A DNA stretch of 64,000 bases. Source: Trichoplax adhaerens. Its lineage: Eukaryota; Animalia; Placozoa. This document shows positions 61,401-64,000 of the stretch, one piece after another. The position numbers were made by a program, and so were the translations under genes. The stretch spans positions 3,028,596 to 3,092,595 of the forward strand of contig NW_002060950.1 in the NCBI RefSeq assembly GCF_000150275.1, in the 5' to 3' direction. Each line of letters starts with the position of its first letter. Positions within the stretch are counted from its first letter, which is position 1. The notes beneath the pieces are model-generated. The model ran no database searches and had not been told where the DNA came from. It was given only the letters and a program-made list of their open reading frames with translations.

Positions 61401-64000
61401 ACATTTATCGCTATTTTAATATACAGAAGCCTTACGTATAAAGATGACAAGAGCGGCTTAATTGCCTTACTTTGCTTTCGATATTTCAACATTGAACCTG
61501 GCAAACAAATTAAGGCATTTCTAGCAGACGAATGTAAAGATTCTTTAATTTTTAAGAAGTTAATATCAATGATAATAAAAAAAAAGGAATTGAAAGTAAA
61601 TATGAACAAAATTAACCGTATTCTTTTAATATTCACTATGTCATTTACTTCAGATTTGGAGTTAACATTAAGGATTTTTAAAATTAAACATAGCTTTTCA
61701 TATAGCCTTAAAATTAGTCATTTACTGATAGCGTAAGGGCTTTCTGATGTATAGCTAATGGAATATTTAATTTCGCTAGGATTCTCCCAAAAGTGAAGCC
61801 CAACCTGAAAATGCCATGGAAATCTTTGAATCTGAAGGTACAGCAGCTAATATAAAAAGTAGAATTTATTTCTGTTCCAGGGGGCAATAAAAGTAGTAAA
61901 TAATGAAAAGGTGCAATTAACTTTTCATATTATTTTTTAGCGCTTTTAATCATAATTAATGAAGAATACTACAAAAATTAACTTCGATTAATATTGAGAG
62001 GCTAAGAATAATTTTCTCCAAGATCTGTAGTCATTGAAAACTATTCTATAAGAAGGAGACCTGATTTCATAAATAAAACTTCGTTTAATTAAGAAATTAA
62101 CGCCTTTTTAACGAAATCGTAACCTTTAATCATGGAATTTCGTATCTAAGGCCTATAATATTGCAATCAGCTAACGTTACAATGATTCATAATAGAATGA
62201 CATCCTCATCCATTACCTATCGTACTTCTTATTGTAAAAATTTAATATTCGGATTCAATAGAGTAGATCTTTACCTGGTTAACAAGCATTACAAATTTAA
62301 ATTTTGCGACGAAAAAAATACAACTATCATAGAAAACTAAACGCTAATAGCCTACAGTAAAACTTGCCCTTGACGATGTTTACCTACAGTATGACTCTAA
62401 ATAATGACGATCTCCTAGTATCAGGAGGAACGGTAGTTACTAGTCTCCTCAGACATAACTAAACTCAAACTTATTTAAAAACCAGTTGATTTATAGCCAA
62501 TTTACATAAAAATTTATTATAGGTAATTGAATAAAATTATAAAACTATTGATTTATCTAATAAGAAGGTATAAAATCATAGATGATAGTGTTTCCAACAA
62601 ATACCTACATACGTTATTTGATGAAATTAGATCAGCATTAGTTAGTGAAAGTCACTTCTAAAGAGTAAGACATATTAGTAAAGAAACGCCTGTAAATTGT
62701 CTATTATTACTTAAGACAAGACATAATTATGCTTCTTTAACTTTATACTATGATTTAATAAGCCAATTTAAGTTTAGCGATCGTATTAACGTATCAAAAA
62801 GCTATCGAAATTTCTATTCATATTAGCTTTCAGAAATTACAGTACCGCTATCATATTATTAATCTTAATCAAAGGCTTGGCTTATCCTCTAGTTATTAAT
62901 ATTCAAAGTATACCAAACTCATAGAATTCTATGTTATCTCGGCATTCCGTAAATTTCGCTTAACTTTTACCCTTTTCCATTATAGACTTTAGCCATAATA
63001 TTTCTGACATGAGTGATTCAGACGATTTTTCAACCGCATCCCAACATAGCCAGAAAGAATTTAAAAGTGACACGGAAAGCATTTGCGATCAAAGGGAATT
63101 ATGGGGGGAAATAGATGGAGAATTAGAAGAGTTTCCTATAGCTCATCATGTCAAATTCTTATTGCAACTCATTGAGCTAGATAAGAAATTACGTCTAAAA
63201 GGCATTCCTGTTTATTTTAAATTTTTTCAACGATATGGTTATCCTATCATAGCCATTAAAATGAATGAACATTATAAACTAATTATTATGCAAGAATTAA
63301 CAGCACTTATTGGGATTGAGATTAGTAGTGCTGGCTTGACAGAATCGATGACGAGCTTTTTATCCAAATATGACGACAATCAACATCATCTAAATAGAAA
63401 ATTAATGGAGCAATCTATTCAAGCAGGAATTTATAAGAATCAACAAGATTTCATTTCCATCGTTGCTCTCAATCACTCAGAATATTCAAGAGCAATTTCT
63501 TATTTACACTGTGAAATTTCAACCCAATCGATTAAAATTATTGGTGATAGTTTTAATTTAGTGTTAGATGGTAAGGTCCTGAAGCCCGATTTCCTTCTTA
63601 ATTTATCGGATCAGCACAAAGTTTGTCTGCAAACCGAAATTGATACCCAATCCGCTCATTGTAATATTATTGCGATTGGCTTGAAGGATTCTGTGAAACA
63701 AGTTTTAGTTGCTATCAACAAGAGCATTCTAGACTATAAAATGATCCAATTTTCGATTGACCAAAAAATCGAAACTGGATCATCTATTTGGTTAGAATTT
63801 CTTCGACATCATTTTCATCGTATTGAGGAAGAATATCACTGTTACGTACATTGCAAAAATGTTACAAATGACACCCCCGCTAATCAAGATGGTCGAGAAG
63901 GAGATATTATTATTCAATGCTATCCTCATGATCAGCAACTTATTTATTTCCAAATTAAAAAGTTATTTCGTTATTCGTTCGTCCACGAGCAATCAGGCAT
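58429..64000 (+). CDS. G6: PARP14-like family member, RRM-RRM-KH-like; 3' part lies beyond the window
   Basis: Exons 58429-58451 (tentative), 59345-59393, 59964-60058, 60365-60577, 60837-60930, 61048-61118, 61427-61595, 61780-61837, 62986->64000. Clear RRM: NFAILQVFSENDAVTVMANLYGRRLEGSRLSFRVY. The last exon (not in the ORF track because it has no stop) reads VKFLLQLIELDKKL...MTSFLSKY...IQAGIY...ISIVALN, homologous to the KH exon of G1-G5. Confidence 0.82.

Overview
AT-rich eukaryotic (metazoan) genomic DNA with short GT-AG introns; the composition and compact introns would fit a placozoan such as Trichoplax, but this is inference only. The ORF track shows fragments of exons. Reconstructed by hand, the window is a head-to-tail + strand array of seven PARP14-like (macro-PARP) loci with conserved exon sizes and intron phases. 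G1 (142-7516): RRM-RRM-KH-macro-macro-KH-ART, no WWE, intact H-Y-V site. G2 (10605-16289): disordered N-terminus with a predicted acylation signal, KH-macro-macro-KH-WWE-ART, Y-Y-T site. A decayed RRM-only pseudogene (22280-~24720). G3 (26235-33428) and G4 (36727-42587): RRM-RRM-KH-macro, ending before the WWE/ART domains. G5 (45232-52107): acidic disordered N-terminus, KH-macro-macro-KH-WWE-ART, with HGT changed to HRT. G6 (58429 onward): RRM-RRM-KH, running off the window. The main observation is complementary loss of modules: only G1 looks like a working ADP-ribosyltransferase, yet it lacks the WWE domain and has a degenerate macro ligand loop, while G2 and G5 have damaged catalytic sites but keep the reader modules. 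Intergenic DNA holds degenerate tandem repeats, a diverged segmental duplication and one long hairpin. No RNA genes, CRISPR arrays or coding transposons were recognised.
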